Assembly (NCBI GenBank): GCA_964430665.1
Contig: CAYSFC010000001.1
Span: 361-64,360 of the forward strand
Direction of reading: 5' to 3'
DNA from: an uncultured Methanosarcinales archaeon
GTDB taxonomy: Archaea > Nanobdellota > Nanobdellia > Woesearchaeales > SKGA01
Length of the DNA stretch: 64,000 nucleotides
The notes under the pieces are model-generated. The model ran no database searches. It saw nothing but the letters and a program-made list of their open reading frames with translations, and was not told where the DNA came from. Made by a program: the position numbers and the translations under genes. This document shows, piece by piece, positions 10,530 through 20,539 of the stretch; the stretch's first letter is position 1; each line of letters begins with the position of its first letter.

Positions 10530-10568
10530 AATACGAAGATTTATAAAAAAACATGTAAACTATAAAAT

Positions 10569-10802
10569 ATGACTCAATATGAACCCTTAAGTATAACTGC
10601 AACAGTGTTGTTGTTGATTGGTTTTGTATTCGGAGGATTTCTTGGATTAATTGTATTAATAGTTGGAGCAATTTTACTTTCACAAGCATATACAAAATTC
10701 AAAAAAAGCCCTAAGAAATACAAAGGCATGTGGATTATTTACACAGGCACAGTTATATTGGTATTAAGTATTTTAATTAAGCTTTTAGCTATGTTTATTT
10801 AA
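10569..10802 (+). CDS. small two-TM membrane protein
   Basis: two hydrophobic helices in 77 aa. Confidence 0.3.
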   Translation: MTQYEPLSITATVLLLIGFVFGGFLGLIVLIVGAILLSQAYTKFKKSPKKYKGMWIIYTGTVILVLSILIKLLAMFI

Positions 10803-10926
10803 AAACTTGATGATATTATAAATCTAATAATTAATTAAATTAGATTTGGGTATAATATACTCTTTATTTAAAAACCAAATCATAAAGTTTATAAGCGTAT
10901 ATACCTCTAAATGAATAGGTGGTATC

Positions 10927-11154
10927 ATGATAGCATATGTTTTAATTGCAACTGAACATGGTAAAGAAGAGGATGTTTTTGATAAAGTGTCTCAAATTAA
11001 GCAAGTTGAAACTGCACACATTATTTTTGGAGAATGGGATGTAATAATTAAAGTTAGTATTGAAAATTCAGAAGAATTAGCAGCAGTTATCATGGACAAC
11101 TTAAGAAAACTTGAAGGAGTAAGATTAACAAGCTCACTAATAGTTGCGAGATAA
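10927..11154 (+). CDS. stand-alone Lrp/AsnC ligand-binding (RAM) domain protein
   Basis: 75-aa ORF with beta-alpha-beta-beta-alpha-beta RAM-like pattern (VLIATEHGKEEDV...VETAHIIFGEWDVII). Confidence 0.5.
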   Translation: MIAYVLIATEHGKEEDVFDKVSQIKQVETAHIIFGEWDVIIKVSIENSEELAAVIMDNLRKLEGVRLTSSLIVAR

Positions 11155-11159
11155 TTAAA

Positions 11160-11489
11160 ATGCCTATAGACTTATCTACAAAATGTTCCAAGTGTGGTAA
11201 GAACATGACTCTTGAAGAAACAAGAGCTCTTGGAAATGGGAAATTTATTTGTAAGGGTTGTCTTGAAGGACAAGAACCTAGAGGAGTTTTGAGAGAAGAG
11301 AAAAATAAAGATAAAATTTCTGATAAAAACTTCTTCCAAAAAAAAGAATATGTTTGCGACGATTGTCACTATAAATTCTTAAGAAGTGTAACAAGCGTAG
11401 TAGAAAAATGTCCTTTTTGTGGAAAACCTAACGTTCACGAAAAAGTTGAACATTATGCTGACGAACTTCTACAAGAAGAAGACTATTAA
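11160..11489 (+). CDS. double zinc-ribbon protein
   Basis: four CxxC pairs (CSKCG, CKGC, CDDC, CPFCG). Confidence 0.4.
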   Translation: MPIDLSTKCSKCGKNMTLEETRALGNGKFICKGCLEGQEPRGVLREEKNKDKISDKNFFQKKEYVCDDCHYKFLRSVTSVVEKCPFCGKPNVHEKVEHYADELLQEEDY

Positions 11490-11500
11490 ATGTAACTTCT

Positions 11501-12772
11501 TCAAATTTTAGTTTTTCCATACATGTAAGGAATTAAAACTTTGGGAACAGTTATAGTTCCATCTTGATTTTGGTAATTTTCTAATATTGCAACTAATGCT
11601 CTACTTGTAGCAATTGCCGTATTATTCAAAGTATGTAAGTATTCTCTATCTCCATTTTTACGAACAACTTTTGAATTTAAACTTCTTGCTTGAAAATCTG
11701 TTGCGTTTGTTACGGAAGTAATTTCTCCAAAATCCTCTGTTGTTGGACGATAAACTTCCATATCTGCAGATTTTGCTTTCCAAGTAGCTAAATCTCCTGA
11801 ACAACATTCAACAACTCTGAATGGTAAACCTAATTTTTGAAATAATTCTTCAGTATTGTTTTGAATTTCTTCGTATATTTTCCAAGAGTCTTCGGGAGAA
11901 CAGAAAACAACTTGTTCCACTTTGTTAAATTGATGTGTTCTCCATAAACCTTTTTCATTTATTCCATGAGAACCAATTTCTTGTCTAAAACACATTGTGT
12001 ATGAAAAATATTTTTTTGGTAACTCGGTTTCAGGTATAGCACTATTTGCATGTAAACCTAATAAAACATGTTCTGAAGTTCCAATTAAATGTAAATCTTT
12101 ATCTTTTAAGGAATAAATCGTTTCTTCAAACCCAGCAGTGTCCATAGCACCTTCTAAAATTTCTTTTTTTATCATTAAAGGAGGTTCAATATATGTGTAC
12201 CCTTTTTCTTGCATAAAATCTATTGCAAAACGAATTAGTGCTTGATTTAATAATGCTAAATCTCCTTTTAGAATGTAAAAACCACTGCCAGATAAATTGG
12301 CGGAAGCTTCAAAATCTGCCAAACCTCTTTCTTCTAATAACTCCACATGATTTTTTACTTGGAAATTTTTCTTAGGTATTTTTACACACTCTTTAATGAC
12401 TGGATTCTGAGAATCATCTTTTCCTAGAGGGACGCTTTCATGAATCAAATTAGGTATTTGTTTTAAAATGGGATTTATATCTAAAATTAAACTATCTTGT
12501 TCTTCTTCGAGAGATTTTATTTTTTGAGGAATTTCTTTAGCTTTTTGAATTAAATCGTCAGCAATATGTCCTTCTTTTTTTGCTTTGTTAATTTCTTCTG
12601 AAAGCTTATTTCTTTGATGGCGTAAATCATCTATATCTTTTTTTATAGATCTCCATTTCAAATCTTTTTTTAGTACTTCATCAACAAGATGTAATTTATC
12701 TTCTTGGAACTTTTTCCTTATATTCTCTTTAACTAAATCAGGATTTTCTCTTATAATTTTAATGTCAAACAT
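11501..12772 (-). CDS. serS: seryl-tRNA synthetase
   Basis: N-terminal coiled-coil arm plus class II aaRS core motifs. Confidence 0.85.
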   Translation of the reverse strand: MFDIKIIRENPDLVKENIRKKFQEDKLHLVDEVLKKDLKWRSIKKDIDDLRHQRNKLSEEINKAKKEGHIADDLIQKAKEIPQKIKSLEEEQDSLILDINPILKQIPNLIHESVPLGKDDSQNPVIKECVKIPKKNFQVKNHVELLEERGLADFEASANLSGSGFYILKGDLALLNQALIRFAIDFMQEKGYTYIEPPLMIKKEILEGAMDTAGFEETIYSLKDKDLHLIGTSEHVLLGLHANSAIPETELPKKYFSYTMCFRQEIGSHGINEKGLWRTHQFNKVEQVVFCSPEDSWKIYEEIQNNTEELFQKLGLPFRVVECCSGDLATWKAKSADMEVYRPTTEDFGEITSVTNATDFQARSLNSKVVRKNGDREYLHTLNNTAIATSRALVAILENYQNQDGTITVPKVLIPYMYGKTKI

Positions 12773-13045
12773 GATGGTTCACCACTTATTGTCGAAAAAA
12801 ACATTGCATAATTTATATATTATGTGGTTATTTCAACGTAAGGTTTATATAGAAGATATATATTATTATTATTAGTTAAAAATTTGTGTTGTGAGGTTGT
12901 GTGTTTGAAAGTAGAAACAATAATTAGAAATTCTTACCGGTCTGAAACTTTAAATAAGGTTTTAAATAATCGTTTTAACAATATTCGTGTAAGAAATGTT
13001 GATTCAAATTTTTCAAAATACAAATTTAATTTCATTGCAGGATAA

Positions 13046-15214
13046 TTATTTCTCATTTAGTATTTTATCTAATTTAGATTTATGTTTTTTTAGACGTAAG
13101 AATAAAGAAAGAGAATAACTTACAATTATAAATCCTAATATTAAAATTAATGATAATACTATCATTGAATAAACTTGTATTTGATCTTCGTTTAGATCTT
13201 CTTTGTTGAAAATATTAGTTGCCAAATATCTAGTCAATTTAATTGTTTTATTACCTATCGCGTTAAAAAATAAACCTAATCTTTGCATCATATTTAAATC
13301 AACCAATCTTATTTCAAAAGGATATTCTTCAACAATTAAATTATTTTTGCTATCAATATATGATGAAACTAAAACTAATTCATTTAAACCTGCATTTAGA
13401 TTTTTGCCTTTCAAATCTATTTCTAATGTTTGGGATTGGTTAAATGTTTCAAAGTTCCAAGAATTTTCAAAATTAGGGTGTTTTATTTTTAATGTCAGAT
13501 TATCTATATTTGTAAAGGAAACTTTGTTTGCAGAAAATGATAGTGTTGAAACTTGATCATATTTTATTGCATCCGGATAATCAAAGTTTGTTATTTTAAA
13601 ATAAGAAACATCATTAACTCTATAAGTTATGAAATGATCTTCTTGAAATTCGGAAGATTCTATTAACATTTTTAAAGTTTGTACTCCTAATTCCTCTGTA
13701 TTTATTGGGAGATTTATAGATTTTGAATCAGTATTTGAGTCAAAATATAGTTGTGAACAAGTTGAACTAATACAATATTTAACAGAATTTATATTTGAAA
13801 AATCAGGGTTTATTTTTATAGTACAAGTCAAATTTGAAATATCTTTTTGTAAAATAAATTTATCTTCACACTCTACATCTAATCTTTGCATTAATTGAGC
13901 ATTTTCTTCTTGTATAAATTGTTTCATATACTCCTCTGAAAAAATCTCTTCATCTTGATAAACTTCAAATTCAGAAGATATTTGATTGCCTGTTTCAGTG
14001 ATTACTCGGACAGGAAATGTGTAATAAAATCCTTTTTGTAATTTATCTTCTAAATGAACTAACCAATAAATTACTTTTTTCTCGAAAGGTTTCAACAAAA
14101 TAAATTTTTCTGAATCTCCAAGTATTTTCAAGTTGTTTGTTTGTCCTAAAGATAATCTTTGGACAACATATTGATTTAAGGGGTTTCTTATTTCTGCTTT
14201 GATTAGATTGTATGAATTAAAACCAACTTTTGACTCTTGAACTGAAACATCTATTTTAGTTAAATCTTCTCTAGCTAAACCCATTGAAATAACTTCTGTA
14301 GTAAAGTTCAACTCAGTGGTTTCAAAACCATAATCTACTCCTTTACCTTGAAATATTACTGAAGGAGTTTCTCCATCAATGTCTTTTTCCATTATTATAT
14401 GAGTTGGATCAACATAACCTAGTTGTCCATAAGTTACATCAAAAGGAACCCATCCAAATTCTGGAAAATAAACTTCTGCCCAAGCATGATTACCCCATTT
14501 AACATCAAATAGTTCGGAATCAGTATATGCAATACCTGAAACAAACCTGGCAGGTATTCCTAATTCTCTATTTAATGAAATAAATAAATTTGTATATTCA
14601 TCACAAGCACCGTTTTTAGAATTGTATACCCAAGATGAAGGGTGATTTGTATCTGCAATATAGGAATCAATAGAGTAAGTTAAGTAATTATTTACGAAAT
14701 TTGCAAGAGAATATTCTATTTCAAATAAATCGTCTTTTTGTTGAGCTAATTCTTGTGCTTTTCTTTTTATTTTATCATTTGTATCAATTGTTTGAGTAAA
14801 TTTTAGATATTTGTTAAATTCAAAAGGTAGATTTTGTATGGGAAATGAGACTTTTTTAGAAATTTTTGGACGATTTATTTTCATATCGAGAAGAGATGTT
14901 AATTTGAAACTCATGTTTTGGGAAACAACATTATAATTCCAAGTAATAATTCTTAAATCTTCAGTTTTATCAAATTGTACTTCTGGATATAATATTTCAT
15001 TTTTTAAAAGTTGATGAGATTCATTTCTTGGAAATAAATTTAATTTAGCATAGAAATATGTCAAAGAATATGAAGAACTAGTAGGAATTATTTTTATTGT
15101 GGATTCAATAGTTTGCTTTAAATTCAAATTTTGATAATTATTAACTGTTTGAGAAGCTAAAACTGATGATGAAGTCAATATTAGAATTATTATCAATAAA
15201 TTTAATAATCTCAT
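13046..15214 (-). CDS. large secreted transglutaminase-like cysteine protease superfamily protein with C-terminal TM anchor
   Basis: signal peptide; Cys-His-Asp core (NGACDEYTNLF...GIPARFVSG...HAWAEVY...GWVPFDVT); C-terminal TM then basic tail. Confidence 0.65.
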   Translation of the reverse strand: MRLLNLLIIILILTSSSVLASQTVNNYQNLNLKQTIESTIKIIPTSSSYSLTYFYAKLNLFPRNESHQLLKNEILYPEVQFDKTEDLRIITWNYNVVSQNMSFKLTSLLDMKINRPKISKKVSFPIQNLPFEFNKYLKFTQTIDTNDKIKRKAQELAQQKDDLFEIEYSLANFVNNYLTYSIDSYIADTNHPSSWVYNSKNGACDEYTNLFISLNRELGIPARFVSGIAYTDSELFDVKWGNHAWAEVYFPEFGWVPFDVTYGQLGYVDPTHIIMEKDIDGETPSVIFQGKGVDYGFETTELNFTTEVISMGLAREDLTKIDVSVQESKVGFNSYNLIKAEIRNPLNQYVVQRLSLGQTNNLKILGDSEKFILLKPFEKKVIYWLVHLEDKLQKGFYYTFPVRVITETGNQISSEFEVYQDEEIFSEEYMKQFIQEENAQLMQRLDVECEDKFILQKDISNLTCTIKINPDFSNINSVKYCISSTCSQLYFDSNTDSKSINLPINTEELGVQTLKMLIESSEFQEDHFITYRVNDVSYFKITNFDYPDAIKYDQVSTLSFSANKVSFTNIDNLTLKIKHPNFENSWNFETFNQSQTLEIDLKGKNLNAGLNELVLVSSYIDSKNNLIVEEYPFEIRLVDLNMMQRLGLFFNAIGNKTIKLTRYLATNIFNKEDLNEDQIQVYSMIVLSLILILGFIIVSYSLSLFLRLKKHKSKLDKILNEK

Positions 15215-15250
15215 TGACTAAAATATAAAAGAAGTATTTAAATAATTTAC

Positions 15251-15913
15251 TCATTTAAATGAAAATAGAGTTTTTTGGGTTTTTTTGGATTCTATTGTTT
15301 GAATCGTTTTCCAACTTAATCGTACAAACTTCTCTTTTTTTAACTCATTTAAATGATTTGCAACACAATTAGTAGTGGTTGTATCGCTAGGATATCCTGA
15401 ACCTAATTTTAATTTGAGTTTTTTTGCCATTTTATTTATCTCTTTATCGCGAGTCACTTTTGCTAATATTGATGCAGCTCCTACGACGGCATAATTTACA
15501 TCTGCTTTAAACTCAGCTTTTATTGGAACAGATTTTTTTAAGTTTGATTTTATTTTATTTACATAAGATTCTTTATTTTTTGCAGGTAAATCAACTATAA
15601 CTTCTTTTAATTTGAATGTTGCCATAAGGTTAATTAATTTTGAAGACGTATTTGCTTCGAGAATATTTAGTGAAGAGTTTTCTGAGGTAACGTGTTTATC
15701 TATTTCAGTAGGTTTTACTTTAATTATTTTATAATCGAACTTATTTACAATTATGTTGTAAAGTTCTTCTCTTTTTTTGGGAGATAAAAGTTTGGAATCT
15801 TTTACACCTATTTTTTTTAGAAAGGATTCATCTTGTGGTTTAATTGCAACGATTGCCATAACCATTGGTCCTAAAACTGGCCCTCGTCCTGCTTCATCTA
15901 TTCCCCCAATCAT
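15251..15913 (-). CDS. rnhB: ribonuclease HII
   Basis: GIDEAGRGPVLGPMV N-terminal motif and DSK motif. Confidence 0.85.
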   Translation of the reverse strand: MIGGIDEAGRGPVLGPMVMAIVAIKPQDESFLKKIGVKDSKLLSPKKREELYNIIVNKFDYKIIKVKPTEIDKHVTSENSSLNILEANTSSKLINLMATFKLKEVIVDLPAKNKESYVNKIKSNLKKSVPIKAEFKADVNYAVVGAASILAKVTRDKEINKMAKKLKLKLGSGYPSDTTTTNCVANHLNELKKEKFVRLSWKTIQTIESKKTQKTLFSFK

Positions 15914-16191
15914 ACTTTTTTACAGTGTATGAAGTATATTAAGTTTGTGATTTAATACTAAAAACAAAAGAATTTATATATTTCCTAATATTGAAAAATG
16001 TAGAAAAATAAAAAATAAATTTATAATAATTAGTTTCCTTAGGGAGACCCATTTCTAATTTTCAAAAAATAAATAAATAAGTTTATATATTTTAAAATAT
16101 AAATTCTGTTATGGGATGAAAAGTCAAACCATAAAATTAGTTCTAGTAAGTAAACTGACAACGAATTTCAAAACAATATTGAGGTTGAAGA

Positions 16192-16533
16192 ATGTCTAAA
16201 TACAAATCATTTTCTGTATTGGATAATTATGATTACGATAATGGGGATGCATCGAATTGGTGTATAAAGGGTTATAATAAAGATATAGCAACAAATTATA
16301 CATTTAACAAAGAAGATCCAAGTTTTCCATATTGTAAAATTAAGAAACCTTGCAAATATAAAATCAAAAATTATTTTGAAAGACCTGTATGTGAATTCAT
16401 GCATAAAAAATACGAAAAAGATATTATAGATTTTGAAGTTGAAGAAAATCTAGAAATAAAAGCAATACAGAGAGAAGAAGTATTAGAAGAAAATTTGAAG
16501 GCAGAACTTAGTTTATTATGCATTACAAATTAA
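16192..16533 (+). CDS. hypothetical Cys-containing protein, bracketed by direct repeats
   Basis: 113-aa ORF; no homolog recognised. Confidence 0.3.
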   Translation: MSKYKSFSVLDNYDYDNGDASNWCIKGYNKDIATNYTFNKEDPSFPYCKIKKPCKYKIKNYFERPVCEFMHKKYEKDIIDFEVEENLEIKAIQREEVLEENLKAELSLLCITN

Positions 16534-16657
16534 AAAAATAAACACAGAATCACAAATCCTTAGGGAAACCCATTCTAAAAAAAATTTATAAAAAACATCA
16601 AATTTTAGATTTATCCCCAGGCATTGCTTTGGGTTGGTTAGTTTTTGTTCCTGTGGT

Positions 16658-17566
16658 TTAGATTAAAATGTCTCTAACTATTTTTTTCAATTCTTCTTGA
16701 CTTTCAGTTAAACTTATTTTTTCTCTAGCTCTTGCACTTCCTTCAAATCCTTTTATCCAATGTTGTGCTTGTATTTTTTGGTGTAATAGAGGAACTTCGT
16801 ATTTGGAACAAAGTTCTAGATATTTTTCAAAAGCTTCTTTTCTTTCTTTAAGGGAAATTTCTATAATTTCACCTGTTTTTAAAAAATGATTTATTTGTTT
16901 GAATATAAATGGATTTCCCGATGCACCTCTACCAATAGAAATGTAATCAGTCACCACCAACCTGCTAACTACCCCCTGAACGCTGTTGATGTCGCCGTTT
17001 CCAACTATGAGAACTTTTGAAATTTCTTTTAATTTTTTTATTTTTTCCCAATCTGCTTTTCCTGAATAGCCTTGGTAAGCATATCGACCATGAATTGTAA
17101 TAAAATCCACACCTGCTTTTTCACATTCTTTTATAACTTCTACAGCAGTAAAAGTTTTTACACCTAATCTTATTTTAATGGAAATTGGTTTTGAAACAAC
17201 TTCTTTTATTCTTTTAACAATTTCTCCACATTTTGCAGGATAATCTAAAAGTCCTGAACCTGCACCCTGTTTAGCGACATTTGGCGCAGGACATCCCATA
17301 TTAATGTCTATTATGTCGCACTTATCTTCAATTATTTTTGCAGCTGCAACGAAATCATCTACGTTTGATCCGAATAATTGTATTGAAAATGGTTTTTCCT
17401 CACCTTTTTGAATCATTTTGAGTGTTTTTTCATTTCCTTGTAGAATTGCTTTACAACTAATTAATTCTGTCACGGTTAAACCAGCACCATAAAGACTACA
17501 AAGCTCTCTAAAAGCCACATCTGTAATTCCTGCCATGGGTGCTAAAAATACTTTGGATTTAAACAT
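16658..17566 (-). CDS. tRNA-dihydrouridine synthase (Dus family)
   Basis: LAPMAGITD N-terminal motif, TIM-barrel FMN-binding pattern, catalytic Cys region INMGCP. Confidence 0.8.
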   Translation of the reverse strand: MFKSKVFLAPMAGITDVAFRELCSLYGAGLTVTELISCKAILQGNEKTLKMIQKGEEKPFSIQLFGSNVDDFVAAAKIIEDKCDIIDINMGCPAPNVAKQGAGSGLLDYPAKCGEIVKRIKEVVSKPISIKIRLGVKTFTAVEVIKECEKAGVDFITIHGRYAYQGYSGKADWEKIKKLKEISKVLIVGNGDINSVQGVVSRLVVTDYISIGRGASGNPFIFKQINHFLKTGEIIEISLKERKEAFEKYLELCSKYEVPLLHQKIQAQHWIKGFEGSARAREKISLTESQEELKKIVRDILI

Positions 17567-17641
17567 AATAATTGATATTTCTAAATTCTATTTAAAAGTA
17601 ATCCATAATCCTTAAAAAACAAACTTCATTTCACTCTTTTT

Positions 17642-18310
17642 ATGAATGTGTTTACATGTGTAGGACCCTCCTGGTTTTCAGGGATAGCAATAATGCTAGA
17701 ATTAATTTTCGCTATAGTGACAGGTTTAATTGCTTATTTTTCATATAAGGCATATAAACTTTTAGAAAAAAGAGAAATATTGCTTTTTGGAATATCTTTT
17801 TTTTCAATTGCTTTAGGATATTTAATTGAAGTTATATTTAATTTTTCACAAATATATAAAATAACAAGAGCCGTGTTAGAGCCTGTAATAGGAACTATGG
17901 CTCATCAATTAAATTTAGGATTTTTTGTTAGTTTAGTACACATAATTTTATTCGTATTAGGATTAACTTTATTGGTTTATTTAACTGTGCCTAAGAGAAG
18001 TAAAAAATTATATTGCATTATTTCAGGTTTGGCATTGATTGCGTTATTTACGAGTGCAAATATTGTTTTAACATTCTTTTTAATAAGTAGTTTAATGTTG
18101 TTTGGATTGACGTTGTACTATTATCAACTACATTGTAAGAAAAAAAACATTTCAACATTATATAATTTTGTAGGTTTTGGAGCGATATTTTTAGGACATC
18201 TTCAATTAGCAGTTACGAGTGGATTTTCAATGTTATATATTGCTAGTCACATAACAACGTTTTTCGGATTTATATTGTTGATGATGAATTTATACAGGGC
18301 AATAAAATGA
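17642..18310 (+). CDS. polytopic membrane protein (6-7 TM), unknown function
   Basis: hydrophobicity pattern. Confidence 0.35.
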   Translation: MNVFTCVGPSWFSGIAIMLELIFAIVTGLIAYFSYKAYKLLEKREILLFGISFFSIALGYLIEVIFNFSQIYKITRAVLEPVIGTMAHQLNLGFFVSLVHIILFVLGLTLLVYLTVPKRSKKLYCIISGLALIALFTSANIVLTFFLISSLMLFGLTLYYYQLHCKKKNISTLYNFVGFGAIFLGHLQLAVTSGFSMLYIASHITTFFGFILLMMNLYRAIK

Positions 18311-18588
18311 GTAAGAGAAGAAGTAGAGTTCAAATAGTTTTTGACATATTAAATGCTGTTAAAATGAAAGGTGGCAAAATAAAACCAACACATCTACTTT
18401 ATAAATCAAATTTATCTCATAATATGATGAACGAATATTTACTTGAATTAATGAATAAAAAATTAATTGTTGAAGAATTGAATAAAAAAAATAAAATATA
18501 CATATTAACTAATAAAGGTTATAATTATTTGGAGGAATTCAACCAAGTACAGAAATTCATGGAATCTTTTGGATTGGATGAAATATAG
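18307..18588 (+). CDS. small winged-helix DNA-binding protein
   Basis: 93 aa, wHTH-like helix pattern; start overlaps the upstream stop. Confidence 0.4.
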   Translation: MSKRRSRVQIVFDILNAVKMKGGKIKPTHLLYKSNLSHNMMNEYLLELMNKKLIVEELNKKNKIYILTNKGYNYLEEFNQVQKFMESFGLDEI

Positions 18589-19091
18589 TGAAAATGCAAA
18601 ACGAAACAAAGTATAATGGATATAGGAGTAGAATGAAAAATATATTGGATTTTTCAACAGGACTTCTTCTTTTGTGTGAAAAAATTCAACACACTAATTA
18701 TGATTTGAAAAGAGATCCTTCCAATATTAAATTTTATATTTTTAATAAAAGGGATAAAAATTTAGAAGCGGAAATATTTGGGGATTTAATTATTGTTAAT
18801 GAGGAATCGCAATTAAATGAATTTTTTGAGACATATTCTAAATGTGAAATAAATGAAATGCAAATTACTCATGAAGAAAAATATGTTCAAGATATGATTA
18901 CAAGAGGACTATTTCAAAATTTATCGCACCACAATTTTTCAGTTCTAAATATGTGTAATGGGAGTGGAATAATTTTAGACCCTAAAAAAAGAATTGTTGG
19001 TAATTTTCATAAAGGTAGTTTGAAATATGATGCTGGTTGCAAAAAACTAAATGAAATTGTTTCTGAATTTAATGAAGCATACAGGACTTAA
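18588..19091 (+). CDS. hypothetical protein
   Basis: ORF only. Confidence 0.3.
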   Translation: MKMQNETKYNGYRSRMKNILDFSTGLLLLCEKIQHTNYDLKRDPSNIKFYIFNKRDKNLEAEIFGDLIIVNEESQLNEFFETYSKCEINEMQITHEEKYVQDMITRGLFQNLSHHNFSVLNMCNGSGIILDPKKRIVGNFHKGSLKYDAGCKKLNEIVSEFNEAYRT

Positions 19092-19214
19092 ATAAATTTA
19101 GTTGGATTTAAACTTGATTTGAAATGTGTATTTTTTTATTCTAAATTTTTTTAAGATGTATTGAAATATATAGCAAATCTTTTTAAAGGAACTTATACTT
19201 CCTGTCTCCATCCC

Positions 19215-19289
19215 AGCGGGATGGAGCAGTCAGGAGTGCTCGCAGGGCTCATAACCCTGAGGTCGGAGGTTCAAATCCTCTTCCCGCTA
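19215..19289 (+). tRNA. initiator tRNA-Met (anticodon CAT)
   Basis: cloverleaf folds by hand; A1:U72 pair and three G:C pairs 29-31:39-41 in anticodon stem are archaeal initiator hallmarks; T-loop TTCAAAT. Confidence 0.8.
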
Positions 19290-19432
19290 TATTTTTCTCA
19301 TTCTGAATAAAAATATATTTGTCCTGCGAGAACCGACGTTAAAAGCCCCAAGAGCACCAATAAAACTAAATTTCGAAATGTTTTCGAAATTATCTTACAC
19401 ACGTATTTTAAAAAGAATTAATAACAAAACGT

Positions 19433-19921
19433 ATGTTAAAAAATTTATCTTTGGACTATAATTTAAGAGGTTATACTTTTGAATATTTAGCAAGAATAAT
19501 GCTTAGAAGAAAAAATCGAAATAATTTCATATTTCAAATGTGTAGATTTGATTCAATAAATGAAATAATAACTAAATATAAATTAAAAATTTCTCCTAAG
19601 GTGGCAAAATTAGTATTTTTACTAGAAAAAGAATGGAACAAATGCGATCTAATTGAGTTTGAATTCGAAGATAATGTAAATAGAGAAATAGAAAACATCA
19701 TCTTATACGATGTAAAAACCAAATATTTTTCTGTTGATAGGAAATATTTTGAATTTTGTGAGTCTAATTATAAATTTATGAGGAGGTGTTCTGAATTAAA
19801 TTTTTCAACGAAAATTATTTCAATGGTTTTGTTTGAGAATTGGAGATTTAGTTTTAATATAAGTGACTTTGAAAAAGCACCTAAAAAAATATATTCCAGA
19901 TTTGTGAAAAATCAGAAATAA
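19433..19921 (+). CDS. hypothetical protein, possible PD-(D/E)xK nuclease fold
   Basis: D...EFEFED...YDVKTK spacing resembles the D-(D/E)xK motif; weak. Confidence 0.3.
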   Translation: MLKNLSLDYNLRGYTFEYLARIMLRRKNRNNFIFQMCRFDSINEIITKYKLKISPKVAKLVFLLEKEWNKCDLIEFEFEDNVNREIENIILYDVKTKYFSVDRKYFEFCESNYKFMRRCSELNFSTKIISMVLFENWRFSFNISDFEKAPKKIYSRFVKNQK

Positions 19922-19927
19922 TATAAT

Positions 19928-20539
19928 TCATTTTAATTTAGTTATATCTTTTTTCTTTTTAAAGAAAAACCAAATCATAGAAGTTATAGCGCCTAAAGTA
20001 TCCATTAAAATATCTTTTTGCGCGTCCCAAACATCTCCTTGAGAACCTAAAACTTCAGCTCCTGCAGTAGGATCTACTGCAACAGCAAAAACCCATTCAA
20101 ATAATTCGTATGCTGCAGCCAAAGCCATTATGAAAAATATCGGAAACAAACCAAGTGCCCACTTTTTTGTTACGACTTTCTTTTTTAAGAGATATTCTGC
20201 CATACCATAGGCATAGAATCCAACTGCAAAATGTGCAAATCTATCATAATTGTTTCTCGCAAAACCAAAAAGATTTGTTACAAAATCAAAAGGAACTCTT
20301 GAAAAGGTGTAATGTCCTCCAATAGTGTGCATAAAAATAAATATCGACATTAAAGCATAAGCAGTGTTTGAAAATTGAAACTTTTTATAAGTTAAAACAA
20401 AAAGTAAAACAATTATCATTATTGGAACGTTTTCTGCCCACCAAACATCTCTAGCATAAGGATTTATTGCGCAAATAGTAAATAAAATTACGTAAACGAT
20501 TAAAAGAATGTGGGGAAATTTTAATTTTTTGAAATTCAT
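19928..20539 (-). CDS. DUF2238/YjdF-like inner membrane protein
   Basis: multi-TM protein resembling YjdF family. Confidence 0.5.
   Translation of the reverse strand: MNFKKLKFPHILLIVYVILFTICAINPYARDVWWAENVPIMIIVLLFVLTYKKFQFSNTAYALMSIFIFMHTIGGHYTFSRVPFDFVTNLFGFARNNYDRFAHFAVGFYAYGMAEYLLKKKVVTKKWALGLFPIFFIMALAAAYELFEWVFAVAVDPTAGAEVLGSQGDVWDAQKDILMDTLGAITSMIWFFFKKKKDITKLK

Noticed and set aside
16519-16533. C-terminal CITN of the 113-aa ORF as a genuine CaaX prenylation box
   Set aside because: Protein prenylation at CaaX is not established in archaea of this type, and the third position (Thr) is non-canonical. Noted only as a curiosity.
19092-19214. Possible small ncRNA or promoter upstream of the initiator tRNA
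   Set aside because: Only a weak TATA-like TTTTAAAGG at about -30 is seen and no structured element is apparent. It is not reported as a feature.
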